64,000 nt of DNA from Mobula hypostoma (taxonomy: Eukaryota): NCBI RefSeq assembly GCF_963921235.1, contig NC_086097.1, forward strand, positions 202,308,001 to 202,372,000, given 5' to 3'. The position numbers were made by a program, and so were the translations under genes. Below, in pieces: positions 49,163-62,930 of this stretch (its first letter is position 1; every line of letters starts with the position of its first letter). The notes beneath the pieces are model-generated. The model had not been told where the DNA came from and did not search any database. It was given only the letters and a program-made list of their open reading frames with translations.

Positions 49163-51776
49163 AACACCAAATAGGCAAAATTCACTTCTTGTAAAGCTTG
49201 TGGGATCCGGCATGGGAAAGCAGCTATAGAGGTAAATACCCTGTTAATTTTAAAACTTATCCCAAGTTGCATTTGTCTCTCAAGTCCAAATTTCAGTCAT
49301 GATCATGACCATGACCCTACTTCCAGACCCAGTACCTCAAGGTATTTACCTCCACAGTGCAGTGGAAAGGCCCTTATGTACATTAAGCCTATAAGATCAG
49401 TTTTACTGCATTAACTCTCTGGGCTTTGTGCTCAATAGGCTTCCAATGGGCTGATATCCAACATATCTGATGCATAGTGTGCACTTGGCAGGCCTCTTCT
49501 GACGCTGGAGACTTTCTAGGACTATATATGAAATAGACTTACCTTGATGTATCTTTTTAGTACATGATGTAAAAAGCAGGTGGTTTAAGGAATTCTAAAA
49601 TGCAAGCTCATTCCAAATGCCCCCGGCTGTTTGTCGGCTGAACAAATCAAAGGAAGATAGTAGACTAGCTAGATTAGAAGAAAGAACCACAAATTGCCAT
49701 CTAGGCATTGGTCCTGGAGATGTGATTGTTCATGGAAAATGGAAATATGGTGCATGAGCTATTTTTAATTAAGTTTTATTTTTTAATTTCCTTATACTTG
49801 CTAGTAAGTTGTTAATTAAATTTGTTTCAAAGTATGATTTGGTCCGGAGAATAATGATATTTAAGGACAATTGATTTCAACAGTGAAAGAACTTTGGCTT
49901 TGTTTTACTGGAGCAGGGTTAAGAAAGTTTGTTTCAGCCTTTTATAACACGAACAGCTGGATTCACGGCAGCTATGGCAACAGATCACATGATTAGGTGT
50001 ATTAGATTGCTTGCTTGGAAATGTAGAGGAACAAGAAGAGATTGCATATAGAGGCCTGGCCTCTAAGATGAAGCATCAGATTTATTTTAGGCTACGTATG
50101 CAGTTAAACATGATCAAGACTCTTCATTTACAAGTTGTTCCTGTATTGCCAAACCAACAGGGCCTATTTTTTTAAATGTTCAAGCAGGTAAGAATAAATG
50201 GATTTCTTCTCAAAGTTGAAGATTTCAGTCCAATGTGAACGATGCCTTATTTGTACATCATGTTTAGTCTTTGAAGCTGCATGTCTGTGAGTGTGTATTT
50301 TGGCATTTGAATTGGATTTGATTACATTTCAATTATAATCTTGGACCTCTGCCCAAGCAAGCACATTCAGTTCTGCATTGTAGATTGTAAATTATGGAGT
50401 CCAGTTCTTTCACAAAGCAGTGCTTTGTAAATAAAGTTATCAATAGTAAAATTATCATCGATACTGGACTTGGTTCAGCAATAGTTACAAATTCAGCTTT
50501 TTACAAGCTGAATGTATGACCAGGATAATGGCATATTCATGGATATTGGACATATTGAGTATTATAGATAAATTCAGATTGTAAATTCCGAGTTGACAAG
50601 GAAGCATCTGAGAATATAGATTCCGATGAGAAGTAGCGTAATGAAAAGTAAGTATGTAAAAAATATATTCTCTTTAGTTTCAATTAAATGTGTATGGTTT
50701 AGCTTTTACTGCAGAATAATAAAGTTAAAAATCATGAATATTAAATATAGTTGGTACTCTACATTAGAAAAAAAATTGGGTGTTAGGTATTAGAAAATTG
50801 AATAAAATTTCTTTAATTTTCTAAGTAATTTTCTGATAAGATGTCTGTCAAAGTGAAGGTCTCTGGTTTAACTTATCTTGTAAGGACAAAACCAAAAATA
50901 TACTTCAATTCAATGGACTTAGGTCGATGTTTCATAGTGCTTTTAAATCCTGTTGTAGTAACAGATAAAAAAAAAACTCGTTGCATTTGCCTGGGTCTTG
51001 ACTTTTAACTTCAAGTTTATACTTTATGGTACTAAATCAATCTTGCATGTATTACTTTCTCACCATAGTATATAAAAACTAATGTGGGTCATTGATTGAC
51101 AAAGGCAGGTGCATGGAAAGAATTAATGTTAACAGGGGACAGTTATAGCAAATTTGCAAAACCTCAGACAAACTTAAGGCTGGTGATTTGTTCACAGAGC
51201 TGTTCTTGCATGAAGGTCACAGTAGGCATGCCTGATTTCTGAAAATAAAACATTATTACCTTCTTTGTTGCTTAAAAATGAAAAGTCTGGTGGGATTGCT
51301 TTTTGAAAGTTCAAGATTGGGGCATCAAATTGAATTTATATAGTGGCTTTGACATGGACCATATCTAGGAAAAGTTATTCTGATGTGCTTTACCTGAATA
51401 TATTTCATGAGAATACATGAATGTATATCACAGAAGCAAACCACTCAGTGTAATTAATTTATGCAGGCAGTTCTGCTACTCTTACACCTCCTCCCATTAT
51501 GCATTACACAACACTTACAGTATACCTTTTCACTTCTCCCTCATGTACATCCATGCTATTTGCTTCAGTTCCCTGTGGAAAAAGATTTCTTCTTTGAGTA
51601 TTTGAATACTTGGTGATATATATTGAAGTCATTTAGTTATGCTTTTGACAGTGGGGCCTCTCTCTGTGCATCTGTTTAAATGCTTTTCTAATTTTATAAT
51701 ACTTTCTTAGGTCTTTGTTCTGGTATTTTTATGAGGAAAAAAACATTCCATTTCCTACAAGATTCACAGATTATTA

Positions 51777-53000
51777 TAGAACATTGAATGTACAGCACAG
51801 TATATGGCTTTTTGTCCATGATACTGTGCTGACCTTTTAACCTACTCTAAGATCAATCTAACCCCTCCTTCCCACATAGCCCTCCATTTTGCTTTCATCC
51901 ATGCACCTATCTAAAACTCTCAGTATCAGAATCAGGTTTAATATCACAGGCATATGTTGTGAATTTGGTTGTTATGCAGCAGGAGTATAGTGCAATACAT
52001 AATAACACTATAAATTACAATAAGAAAGATAAGTGTGTGTATATATGTATGTTAATAAGTATTGCAGAAAGAGAGGGGGGAAATAATAAGGTAGTGTACA
52101 TGGGTTTATTGTCCATTCAGGAACCTGATGGTGGAGGGGAAGAATGTTGGGTATGTGTCTTCAGGCTCCCGTACCTCCTCCTTGACGGTAGCAATGAGAG
52201 GAGGAAATGTCCTGGGTGATGGGGGTCCTTCATGGTGAATGCTGCCGTGTTGAGGCATTACCCTTAGAAATGTCCTTGATGCTGGGGAGACCAGTGCCTA
52301 TGATGGAGATGTAACATTCTGCAACTCTTATATGTCCTTCATGTGTCTGCTTCTACAACAATCCCTGGCAGGGGGTTGCATGAACCTACTGTTCTTTGTG
52401 TGAAATTGTGTGATATCCCCTCCCACACATTCCTCCAATCACCTTAAAATTATGCTCCCTCCTATTAGTCATTTCTGTCCTGGAAACTAGTCTTTTGCTG
52501 TCCACTCAGTCTATGCCTCCGATCACCTTATAGGCCTCTATCAAGTCACCTCTTATCCTCCTTTGCTCCAAAGAGAAAGCACTAGCTTGATCAATATATC
52601 CTCTCCAATCCAGGCAGCATCCTGGTAAATATCCTCTGCACCCTTGCTAAAGCTTCCACATCCTTCTTACAATGAGGTGATCAGAAGTGGACACAAGCGT
52701 GCTTTAAACAGAGTTTTATAGAACTGTAACGTTACCTCATAGCTCTTGAACTCAATTTGCCAACTAATGAAGGCCAACACACCACATGCCTTCTTAACCA
52801 TCCTATCAACTTATATGGCAACTTTGAGGGATCTATGGATGTGGACCTCAAGATCCCCCTGCTCCTTCACTCTGCTAAGAATCCTGCCATATCCTGCCTT
52901 CAAGTTTGACCTTTCAAAGTGAATCACTTCACTCTTTCTGCCATTTTCCAGCCCAGCTCTGATCCTGTCAATGTTCCATTGCAATCTGTGATAACATCTT
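51777..53000 (-). mobile_element. Old CR1 3' region with a nested Rex1 3' fragment (about 51921-52310)
   Basis: CR1 3' UTR and RT C-terminal motifs on either side of a tcagaatcaggtttaat Rex1 tail. Confidence 0.7.
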
Positions 53001-53104
53001 GGTTTTCCTTAATCCTACTCAGCAAGATTCCCTCATGCCCCTTTTAGGTCTTTTAAGTCCATTATTTATGGCTACATTCAAAGTTCAAAGTATATATATT
53101 CATG

Positions 53105-53590
53105 AGGTTCACGAGGATGATTCTGGGAACGAAGGGGTTAACATATGAAGAGCGTTTGGCAGCTTTGGGCCTGTACTGACTGGAATTTAAAAGAATGAGG
53201 GGAAATCTCATTGAAACCTACGAATGTTGAAAGGACTAGGTAGGGTGGATGTGGAGAGAATGTTTCCTATGGTGGGGGTATCCAGAACAACAGGGCACAG
53301 CCTCAAAATTGAGGGGCGACCTTTTAGAACAGAGATAAGGCGGAATTTTTTTAGCCAGAGAGTAGTGAATCTGTGGAATGCTGTGCCACAGACTGTGGTG
53401 GAGGCCAAGACCGTGCATATATTTAAGGCAGAAGTTGATCATTTCCTGATTGGTCTGGGCATCAAAGGATATGGTGAGAAGACAGGGGTATGGGGTTGAG
53501 TGGGATCCAGGATCAGCCATGACGGAATGGCAGAGTAGACTTGATGGGCTGAATGGCCTAATTCTGCTCCCATGTTTTATGGTCTTATAT
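53105..53590 (+). mobile_element. CR1 3' fragment inserted in a minus-strand Rex1 3' fragment (about 53078-54030)
   Basis: ORF 53224-53499 MLKGLGRVDVERMFP...FFSQRVVNLWN; Rex RDLHHPGLAF peptide at 53839-54078. Confidence 0.85.
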
Positions 53591-55428
53591 ATGTCACTAT
53601 ATTCAACCCTGAGATTTATTTTCCTGCAGGCATACTCAACAAATCTATAGCATTGTAACAATAACAGGATCAATGAAAGATCAACTAGAGTGGAGAAGAC
53701 AACAAGCTGCAAATACAAATATAAATAATAATAAATAATGAGAACCTGAGATAATGAGATAAAGAGTCCTTAAAGTGAGATCATTGGTTGTGGGAACATC
53801 TCAATGGACCGGCAAGTGAGTGTAGTCATCCTCTTTGTTCAAGAGCTGATGGTTGTGTGATTGTAACTGTTCTCGAACACGGTGGTGTGAGTCCTGAGGC
53901 TCTTGTTCTTTCTGCCTGATGGCAGCAGCAAGAGAAAAGCAAGGCCAGGGTGGTGGAGATCTCTGTTGATGGATGCTGCTTTCCTACGATAGTGTTTCAG
54001 GGCTTTACCCATAATGTATTGTGATTTTCCCTTCAAAGTTGAAACTCTCAAGCGCCAGCCTGATTTTGTTTCCTGCACCTTAAGCTTGTTTCTTTCTCCC
54101 TACTATGTGTTCCACATTTCTTAACAAACATGATTCCCTCATCCTACCATCCTTTCCCTGCCTCAGTGGGGCAGACCTGTCTAGAACCCTGTGCAAGTGC
54201 TCCCTAAACGTCCTTCACATTTCTGTTGTGTGAATATATCTGTTCCCAATTTACACTCCGAAGTTCCTGCCTAAGAGTTTCATAATTTAACCTCACCCAA
54301 TTAAATACTTTCCCATACCAACTGCTCCTATCCCTGTCCAAGACCAGTGTTTGATCCAAAGGGTTTTAATGCAGGTTCTGACCTTTCAGTATGCAGTTGT
54401 GCCTTTGCAGCAGCTGCACCAAGCTTCATTATCCTTCAGCATGTATGTCCTAAGTGAAACGACAGCTGCTTGTAGACAGCTTGCACTGGAAGAGCAGCAG
54501 GTTTCGTGCAGACAAATGTGTGCTTTTCACTGAGTTGATAAACTTACAGCAGGGCTGATGTTTATTTCAGTGAACAACCCTGGAAACAGTCCACAGAGCA
54601 AGAAATCTCATGTTATGCAACATTTTGCGATAAACCTAGACATTCCAGACGTTCTTCCAAACGTATAACTCCAGGATTATTTTTGATATACTCAAATTCA
54701 TAATATGTACATTAATACATTTGAAATACATCATTAAACACGTTCATTGCACCAAAGTTCGAAGTAAATTTATTATTCAAGTACATATATGTCACCATAT
54801 ATTCATTTGCAATTCATTTTCTTGCAGGCGTTCACAGTAGTACAAAAAAATCATAGAATCAATAAAAAGCTGTACACAGACTGACAAACAGTGTGCAGAA
54901 AAGACAAATGGTGCAAATACAAAAATATGAATAATAATAATCTAAATAAATCAGTAATACTGTGAATCTGAATTGCAGAGTCTGTTGAGTATTTAGTATT
55001 TCAGTAATTTTTGACAAATCTTGTGTATGTGTTTATGTATGTAGTTTGATTAAGAATTCTTGTTCATTTAAGTAATTCAATATGGGTTGTATGTATAGAT
55101 AGGTGAATTGCATACGTCATCACACTACCATGTGAAACCTGTGTGCTTCGTGCAAAGTAAACCACAAAGGTTAGACTCACATTTTGGACTCTTGTTTCTT
55201 CCTTTGAATTAGTTCAATATTTTGAAGTTACAAAACATAACAGAGACTTGGAGGTATTTTTAAAAATGAATCTGAGACGGCTACTGACATGTTGAAGTGC
55301 AGCGAGATGTTCGAACTAAACAAAAGTGAGGCAAGAAGTGGCAAGTAAACAAACACAGCCCAGTTTGTGCAGTGTTTTAAAAAGCAGTAAATGTAAGAAT
55401 TCATGGATTCATAAAGAGTGAATACCAG

Positions 55429-57870
55429 GTCAGAATCAAAATCAGAATCAGGTTTATTATTACTGGCATGTGTCATGAAATTGAACTTAGCAGCAGCAGT
55501 TCAATGCAATACAAAATATAGAAGAAGAAAAATAATAAATAAATTATAGTCTATGCATAGTGAATAGATTAAAAATCATGCAAAACAGAAATAATATATA
55601 TTAAAAAAGTGAGTTAGTGTTCATGGGTTCAATGTCCATTTAGGAATCGGATGGCAGAGGGAAAGAAGCTGTTCCTGAATCACTGAGTGTGTGCTTTCAG
55701 GCTTCTGAACCTCCGACTTGATGGTAACAATGAGAAAAGGCCGTGCCCTGTGTGGTGGAGGTCCTTAGTAATGGACGCTGCCATTCTGAGTAACCGCTCC
55801 TTGAAGATGTCCTGGGTACTTTGTAGGCTAGTTTCAAGATGGAGCCAACTAAATTATGACCCTCTCCAGCTTCTTTCGGTCCTGTGCAGTAGCACCCCCC
55901 TCCCCCGGCATACCAGACAGTGATGCTGCCTGTCAGAATGCTCTCCATGGTATATCTATAGAAGTTGTTGCGTGTTACTGTTGACATACCAAATCTCTTC
56001 AAACTCCTAATGAAGTATAGTCACTGTCTTGTCTTCTTTATAGCTGCATCGATTGTTTACCTAGACTAAGCAGGTTAGGTCCTCAGAGATATTGACACCC
56101 AGGAACTTGAAACTGCTTACTTTCTCCACTTCTGATCCCTCTATGAGGATTGGTATGTGTTTCTTCATCTTACCCTTCCTGAAGTCCACATTCAGCTCTT
56201 CCATCTTACTGATGTTGAGTTCCAGGTTGTTGCTGCAGCACCACTCCACTTGTTGGCATATCTCACTCCTGTATGCCCTCTCATCACTACCTGAGATTCT
56301 ACCAGCAAAGGTTGTATCATCAGCAAATTTATAGATGGTATTTGAGCTGTGCCTAGCCACACAGTCATGGGTATAGAGAGAGTAGAGCAGTGGGCTAAGC
56401 ACACACCACTGAGGTACGGCAGTATTGATAGTAGCGAGGAGGAGATGTTATCACCAATCCGCACAGATTGTGGTCTTTTGGTTAGGAAGTCAAGGATCCA
56501 ATTGCAGAGGGAGGTACAGAGGCCCAGCTTCTGTAACTTATCAATCAGGATTGTGGGAATGATGATGTTAAATACTGAGCTGTAGCCAATGAACAGCATC
56601 CTGACGTAGGTGTTTGTGTTGTTCAGGTGGTCTAAGGCCCTGTAAAGAGCCATTGAGATTGTGTCTGCTGTTGACCTATTGTAGCGATAGGCAAGTCACA
56701 GTGGGTCCAGGTCCTTGCTGAGGTAGGAGTTCAGTCTTGTCATGACCAACCTCTCAAAGCATTTCATCACTGTCGATGTGAGTGCTACTGGGTGATAGTC
56801 ATTAAGGAAGCTCACATTATTCTTCTTAGGCACTGGTATAATTGTTGCCTTTTTGAAGCAGTGAGAGGTTGAAAATGTCCTTGAATACTCCTGCCAGTTG
56901 ATTGGCACAAGTTTTCAGAGCCTTAGCAGGTACTCCAACAGGACCTTCCACCTTGCGAGGGTTCACCCTCTTGAAAGACAGCCCAACATCAGCCTCAGAG
57001 ACAAAGATCACAGGATCACCAGGTGCAGCAGGGATCTTCACAGCTGTAGTTATAGTCTCCCTTTCAAAGCAGGTATAGAAGGCATTGAGTTTATCTGGTA
57101 GTGAAGCATCACTGCCATTCATACTATTGGGTTTCGCTTTGTAGGAAGTAATGTCTTGCAAACCCTGCCAGAGTTGTCGTGCATCTGATGTCACCTCCAA
57201 TCTTGTTCAAAATTGTCTCTTCACCCTTGAAATAGCCCTCCACAAGTCATACCTGGTTTTCTGGTACAGACCTGAGTTGCCGCCTTGAATGCAACAGATC
57301 TAGCCTTCAGCAGATGATGTACCTCCTGGTTCATGTACGGCTTTTGGTTTGGGAATGTGCAGCAAGTCCTTGTAAGCACACGCTCATCCACACAGGTTTT
57401 AATGAAGTTAGTAACAATTGCACCATACTTCTCCAGATTTGAAGGTGAATCCTTGAATATAGTCCAGACCGCCAATTCAAATCAGTCCTGTAAGCACTCC
57501 TGTGCTTCCCTTGTCCATACCTTCTTGGTCCTCACTACTGGTGCTGCAGTCTTCAGTCTCTGCCTCTCCTCAGGGAGTAGAAGTACAGCCAGGTGATCAG
57601 ACTTCCTGAAGTGAAGGCATGGAGTAGCATGGTAGGCATTGTTGATGGTGGTGTAACAATGGTCCAGTGTGTTGTTTCCTCTGGCATTGCAAGTGATCTG
57701 TTGATGGTAATTGCTTAGTGATTTTTTTTTTCAGACTGGCCTGGTTAAAATGCTCCAAAATGATGGTGACTGGCATGGTTAAAATCCTCCAAAATGATGG
57801 TGAAGGCATTGGGGTGTGCTGTTTCATGCATGTTGATCCCACTGCTCAGATCACCTAAAGCCTAATTGAC
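55429..57870 (-). mobile_element. Rex1/Babar LINE, 5'-truncated, nested in the Gypsy leader
   Basis: [33 protein letters not shown] and YKFADDTT motifs; (GATTCT)n tail at about 55429-55450. Confidence 0.88.
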
Positions 57871-58552
57871 ATAAAAATAGAAGTAGAAATGGTTGGCTGC
57901 ATCGAAAAATTGATGCGTTTGATTACACAAAGGATAACTGGAATATGTAACTGAGCTAATTGAACAGTATTTTGAAGCCAATGAAATAGCCAATGAGAAA
58001 GGAGTACCAATTTTGCTGAGTGCCCTGTGTTTAAAGGCAACCAGTTTGATTTGAAGTTTAACTGCTCCAACCAAACCAGCAAAAATGTGCGTTGCAGATA
58101 TTCTGAAAGTAATGCAGGAACATTTAGAACCAAGGCCATTGTTGATTGCAGACTGCTTTGGGTTTCATAAAGAGAAATTAAAAGGAATGGAAGTCCATTC
58201 CATCATACATGGCAGAACTGAAGAAATTGATCATTTTCAGTTTGGTAATAAACTTAATGATGCACTGACGGGCTGCTTGGTTTGTGGGATCTTAACAGAA
58301 AGTATTAAAAATGACTCCTAACTGAAGTGCAACTTACATTTAAAAGAGCAGTTGAAATTGCTGTATCAATGGAAACAGCAGACAGAGACACAATTGAGAT
58401 GCAGTCAGAAATGAAAGAGAGCATGAACAAAATTGCAACACCTCAATGGAAATTGGCCTGGCCGAACAAATTGTGTTACTGTTCTGCCAGGGGCTCATAT
58501 ACACTAGAACAATACAGCTTTAAAGGCATAACTTGTAGGAAATGCAAGAAAA

Positions 58553-59750
58553 TTGTTGTTGTTGTTCGTCCTTCGTAATCGAAGATGACCATGGCTTCAA
58601 AGTCAAATGGGAAATTGGTGGTTGTGGGTCCGGAGGTGACTGATGAGGCCAGTCCGGGCCCTGAAGGCTCACCCACATGTGGGACACAAGTGGGTGGGTG
58701 CTGTCGTGGCAGTGGATGCTGCTCGGGCCTTGCGCACAACACGCTTTCATTGCGCCTCGATGATGCACCTGACTTCAGCTGCATGGGCTCCTGTGGTGGT
58801 CTTGCTGCGCCAAGCTGGATGGTCAAGGGCAAGCGTCTCCCACGTGTTGATGTCGACACCCAGGCCTTTGAGGGAGGCTTTGAGGCAGTCTTTGTAATGT
58901 TTCTTCTGCCCCCTGACTGAGCGCTTGCCCTGACACAGTTCTCCGTACAGCAGCTGCTTAGGCAATCGGCTGTCTGGCATTCTGACCACATGTCCAGCCC
59001 ACCTGGCTTGGGCTTTCAGCAGGAGATTGTAGACGCTGCAGAGCCCAGCTCGTTCCAGGATTTCCGTGTCGGGGACTTTGTCCTGCCACCTGATGTGGAG
59101 GAGTCTGCGGAGACAGCTCAGGTGAAAGTGGTTGAGCTGTTTGGCGTGTCTGCTGTAGACAGTCCGGGTCTCGCTGGCGTAAAGGAGGGTGGTAAGGACC
59201 ACTGCACAGTAGACCTTCAGCTTGGTGGTAAAGCTGAGTCCTCTCCGCTCCCAGACGTTCTCACGGAGTCTCCCAAAGGCGGCGCTGGCTTTAGCAATCC
59301 TGTTGTTGACCTCAGCGTCTATATTCACTGCACGAGAGAGTATGCTGCCCAGGTAGGTGAAGTTGTCAACTGCCTGGAGGTTCTGGCCCTTCATCGTGAT
59401 GCGCGACTCCTGGTATGGCTTTCCTGGGGCAGGCTGCTACATAACTTCGGTCTTTTTGGTGCTGATTGTGAGTCCGAAGTTGTCACAGGCTTGTGAGAAG
59501 CAGTCCATTTCACGCTGCATCTCTTGCTCTGTGCTGGCGTTGAGTGCGCAGTCATCAGCAAACAAGAAGTCTCTGATGACAGTCTCTTGCACCTTTGTAA
59601 CTGCCTGCAGGCGCCTAAGGTTGAACAACCTGCCGTCAGTCCTGTACCTGACGTGGATTCCTTCTTCGTAGTTACGGAAGGCATCTGTCAGCATGGCAGA
59701 GAATACCATACTGAATAGAGTCGGGGCAAGAACGTAGCCTTGTTTGACGC
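58553..59750 (-). mobile_element. RTE-clade LINE 3' fragment nested in Gypsy gag
   Basis: LFADDCAL, FGLTISTKKT, FTYLGS, LLYASET, WAGHVVRM...LPKQLLYGEL motifs; (AAC)n tail at 58553-58566. Confidence 0.92.
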
Positions 59751-62700
59751 ATAGGTAAGAGCATGTCAGGAAGACAAAAATAAATGGACTGCGCAGAGTA
59801 GAGAAAAAGATAGAAAGTCAAGTTGCAGTTTCAAAAAAAGCACTAATCTGCATACTGCTAATGAAAAATCTGATAATGATGGAAGTGACACAGGACTGTG
59901 TAGCTTGGAGATTTATGATATGAAAACTAGCAATAGCTATGCAATTTAGCTTACACCAGAAGTGAATGGCAAATTAATTAAAATGGAAGTAGACACTGGT
60001 TTGGCTGTTTGTCATTTCACAAAAGGAATTTGAGAAATGTTTCAAAAATACTAAACTGATGCCAGCAGATATCCAACTAAAACTTATACTGGAGAAAAGA
60101 TAACTACTGTGGGAATGACATTTATGACAGTGAAAAATAACAACTAACAAACCATGTTGAGCTTGCATGTGGTAAAAATAGGAAGACCGACATTGTGGGG
60201 ATGTGATTTGCTAAGACAACTTAAATTTGATCTATCCAGAACTTGCATGCCATATCCCCTGCAATGAAGCCATTTTAATCGCTATATCGCTATAATAGGC
60301 TTATTTTTTGGAATAGCACCTGCAAGTGTGCTGAGAAACTTCAAGCAGTGATGGAGGCCCCAAGGCCAAAGGTTGTGTCACAGTTGCGGTTCTTTAAAGG
60401 AATTGTTAACTACTATAGCGGGTTCCTGCCAAACATGGTTACTGTGCTCCACCCCTTGAACTCATTACTACAGATCGGGAAGAAATGGCAATGCAGAAAG
60501 CGGTGTGAGGTGACTATCCAAAAGGTAAAGGAAAAGGTGATGTCAGACACTGTACTCACACATTATGATCCACACTGCCCAGTGAGGCTTGCCTTTGTTA
60601 CCTCACCTTGTGGTATAGGTACAGTGATGTCACACTTTATGAGTGATGGAAACTTCTAGTGTCCATTTTCAGTCCACAGAAGGGTGCTCCATTAACAGCA
60701 GTAGCAAGAGTGCAGAGATGGGCTCTGTTTCTTCGAGAACACAGTTACAAGCCTGAACAAAAAGGACAACTAATCATGGAAATGCTGATGGATTGCACTT
60801 GGAAAAGGAAATACTGAAAAAATTTACAGAAAAATGACACTCCTCTTGACGTATTCTCCCTAATACAAATCAAAAGTCCCTATTATAGCAGAGATGATCC
60901 AAAGAGAAAACAGAAAAGACCCTATACTATCTCGGGTTTATATGGCCACCCAAAATGGCTGGATTGTGCAGCAGAAACTCCATTCCCCCATTTTTATGAG
61001 TGCTGAGATGAACTTGCACCAACGGAGATTGCCTTATGTACAGATTGAGCATTCTTGTACCATCCAAGCTAAGAGCTGAAGTGTTGGAGGAGCTATACAC
61101 AGGTCATTTCGACATGGTTAAAATTAAAGTGTTGACTTGAAATTTGTCTGGTGGCCTGGGATAGATCAGCATGTCAAGCAGCTTGCCATACACCCGTACA
61201 GGCTGCCAACATATCCAGAAGATGCCAAGAACAGGGGCTCTCTATCCCTGGGAGTTGCCTTCATTGCTCTGGCAGAGGATTCATGTGGATTTTGCTGAAC
61301 CATTCGTGGGCACAAATTTCTTGATAGTAGTGAGTGCAGCTACAAAGTGGCCAGAAGTGTTCCCAGTAGCCTCCACTACAGCCTTGCACATTGTTGATGT
61401 GTTGAGAAGCTTCTTTGCAAGGACTGGTGTTAAGATCTCTGTTTTGGAGCCTGATGAAAGGCTCTATTTCATGAGGGTGTACCCTCACAACAGCAGGTCT
61501 TGATGGGGTACCTGGTAAAGCTCTGAAAACTTGTGTCAACCAACTAGCAGGAGTGTTCAAAGGCATTTTCAATCTCTCACTGCTACAGTCATGTTTCCAC
61601 CTGCTTCAAAAGGGCAACAATTATACCAGTGACCAAGAAGAACAGTGTGAACTGCCATAATAACTATCATCCAGTAGCACTCACATCTCCGGTAATTAAG
61701 TGCCCTGACAGGGTTGTCATGGCCAGAATCAGCTCCAGCCTCAGCAAGGACCTGGACCTGGTGTAATTTGCCTATTGCCATAATACGTCTACAGTGGGCA
61801 TAATCTCATTGGCTCTCCATGGGGTCTTGGACAACCTGGATGATACAAATACCTCTGTCAGGATGTTGTTTATTGACAATAGCTCAATGTTTAACACCAT
61901 CATTCCTATAGTGCTGTTCGATAAGCTACAGAACCTGGGCCTCTGTACCTCCCTCTGCAAGTGGATCCTTGACTTTCAAACTGGAAGACCACAATCTGTG
62001 CGGATTGGCGATAACATCTCCACCTTGGTGGTGATCAGCACTGGCTCACCCAGGGATGTGTGTTTAGCCCACTGCTCTACTCTCTCTATACTCCTGTACC
62101 TGTGGCTAGGTACAGTTTGTTGGTGATATATCCATGTGGTAGAATCTCAGATGGTGATGAGAGCGCATAGAAGAGCGAGATATACCAGCTAGTTGAGTGG
62201 TGTCACAGCAGCAACCTTACACTTAATGTCAGTAAGACCAAAGAATTGATTGTAAGATGAGGGGACACACACCAGGACTCAGAGGGATCAGAAATGGAGC
62301 GAGTGAGCAATTTGAAGTTCCTGGTGTCAGTATCTCTGAGGACCTAACTAGCTCCCAACATATCGATGCAGCTTTAAAGAAGGCAAGACAGCGGCTATAT
62401 TTCATTTGAAATTTCAGGAGATTTGGCATGTCACCAATAAAACTTGCAAATTTATACAGATGTGCCTTGAAGAGCATTCTGAGTGACTGCATCACCATCT
62501 GAGGCTGTCGCACAGGATCAAAGTAAGCTGCAGAGAATCGTAAAATTAGTACTAGCCTCCACAGTATCCAAGAACATCTTCAAGGAGCGGTGCCTCAGAA
62601 AGGTAGTGTCCATCTTTAAGGACCACCACCATCCAGGACATGCCCTCTTCTCATTGTTACCATCAGGAAGGAGGTACAAAAGCCTGAAGGCACACACTCA

Positions 62701-62799
62701 TTGATTTAGAAACAGCTTGTTCCCCTCTGCCATCTGATTTCTGAACAAACATTACACCCATGAACACTACCTCACTGCTTTTGATTTTTATTTTTGCAC

Positions 62800-62859
62800 T
62801 AATTTAATTTAACTATTTAATATACATATATATGTATATTAAATAGTTAAATTAAATTA
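62800..62859. repeat. Perfect 60-bp AT-rich palindrome
   Basis: TAATTTAATTTAACTATTTAATATACATAT|ATATGTATATTAAATAGTTAAATTAAATTA equals its own reverse complement. Confidence 0.95.
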
Positions 62860-62868
62860 TATATATTA

Positions 62869-62930
<62 letters not shown>
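62869..62930. repeat. Compound (TG)n-(TA)n-(CA)n microsatellite, quasi-palindromic
   Basis: Direct reading of the sequence. Confidence 0.95.

Noticed and set aside
57734..57801. 34-bp tandem duplication
   Set aside because: Ordinary local duplication within a decayed Rex1.
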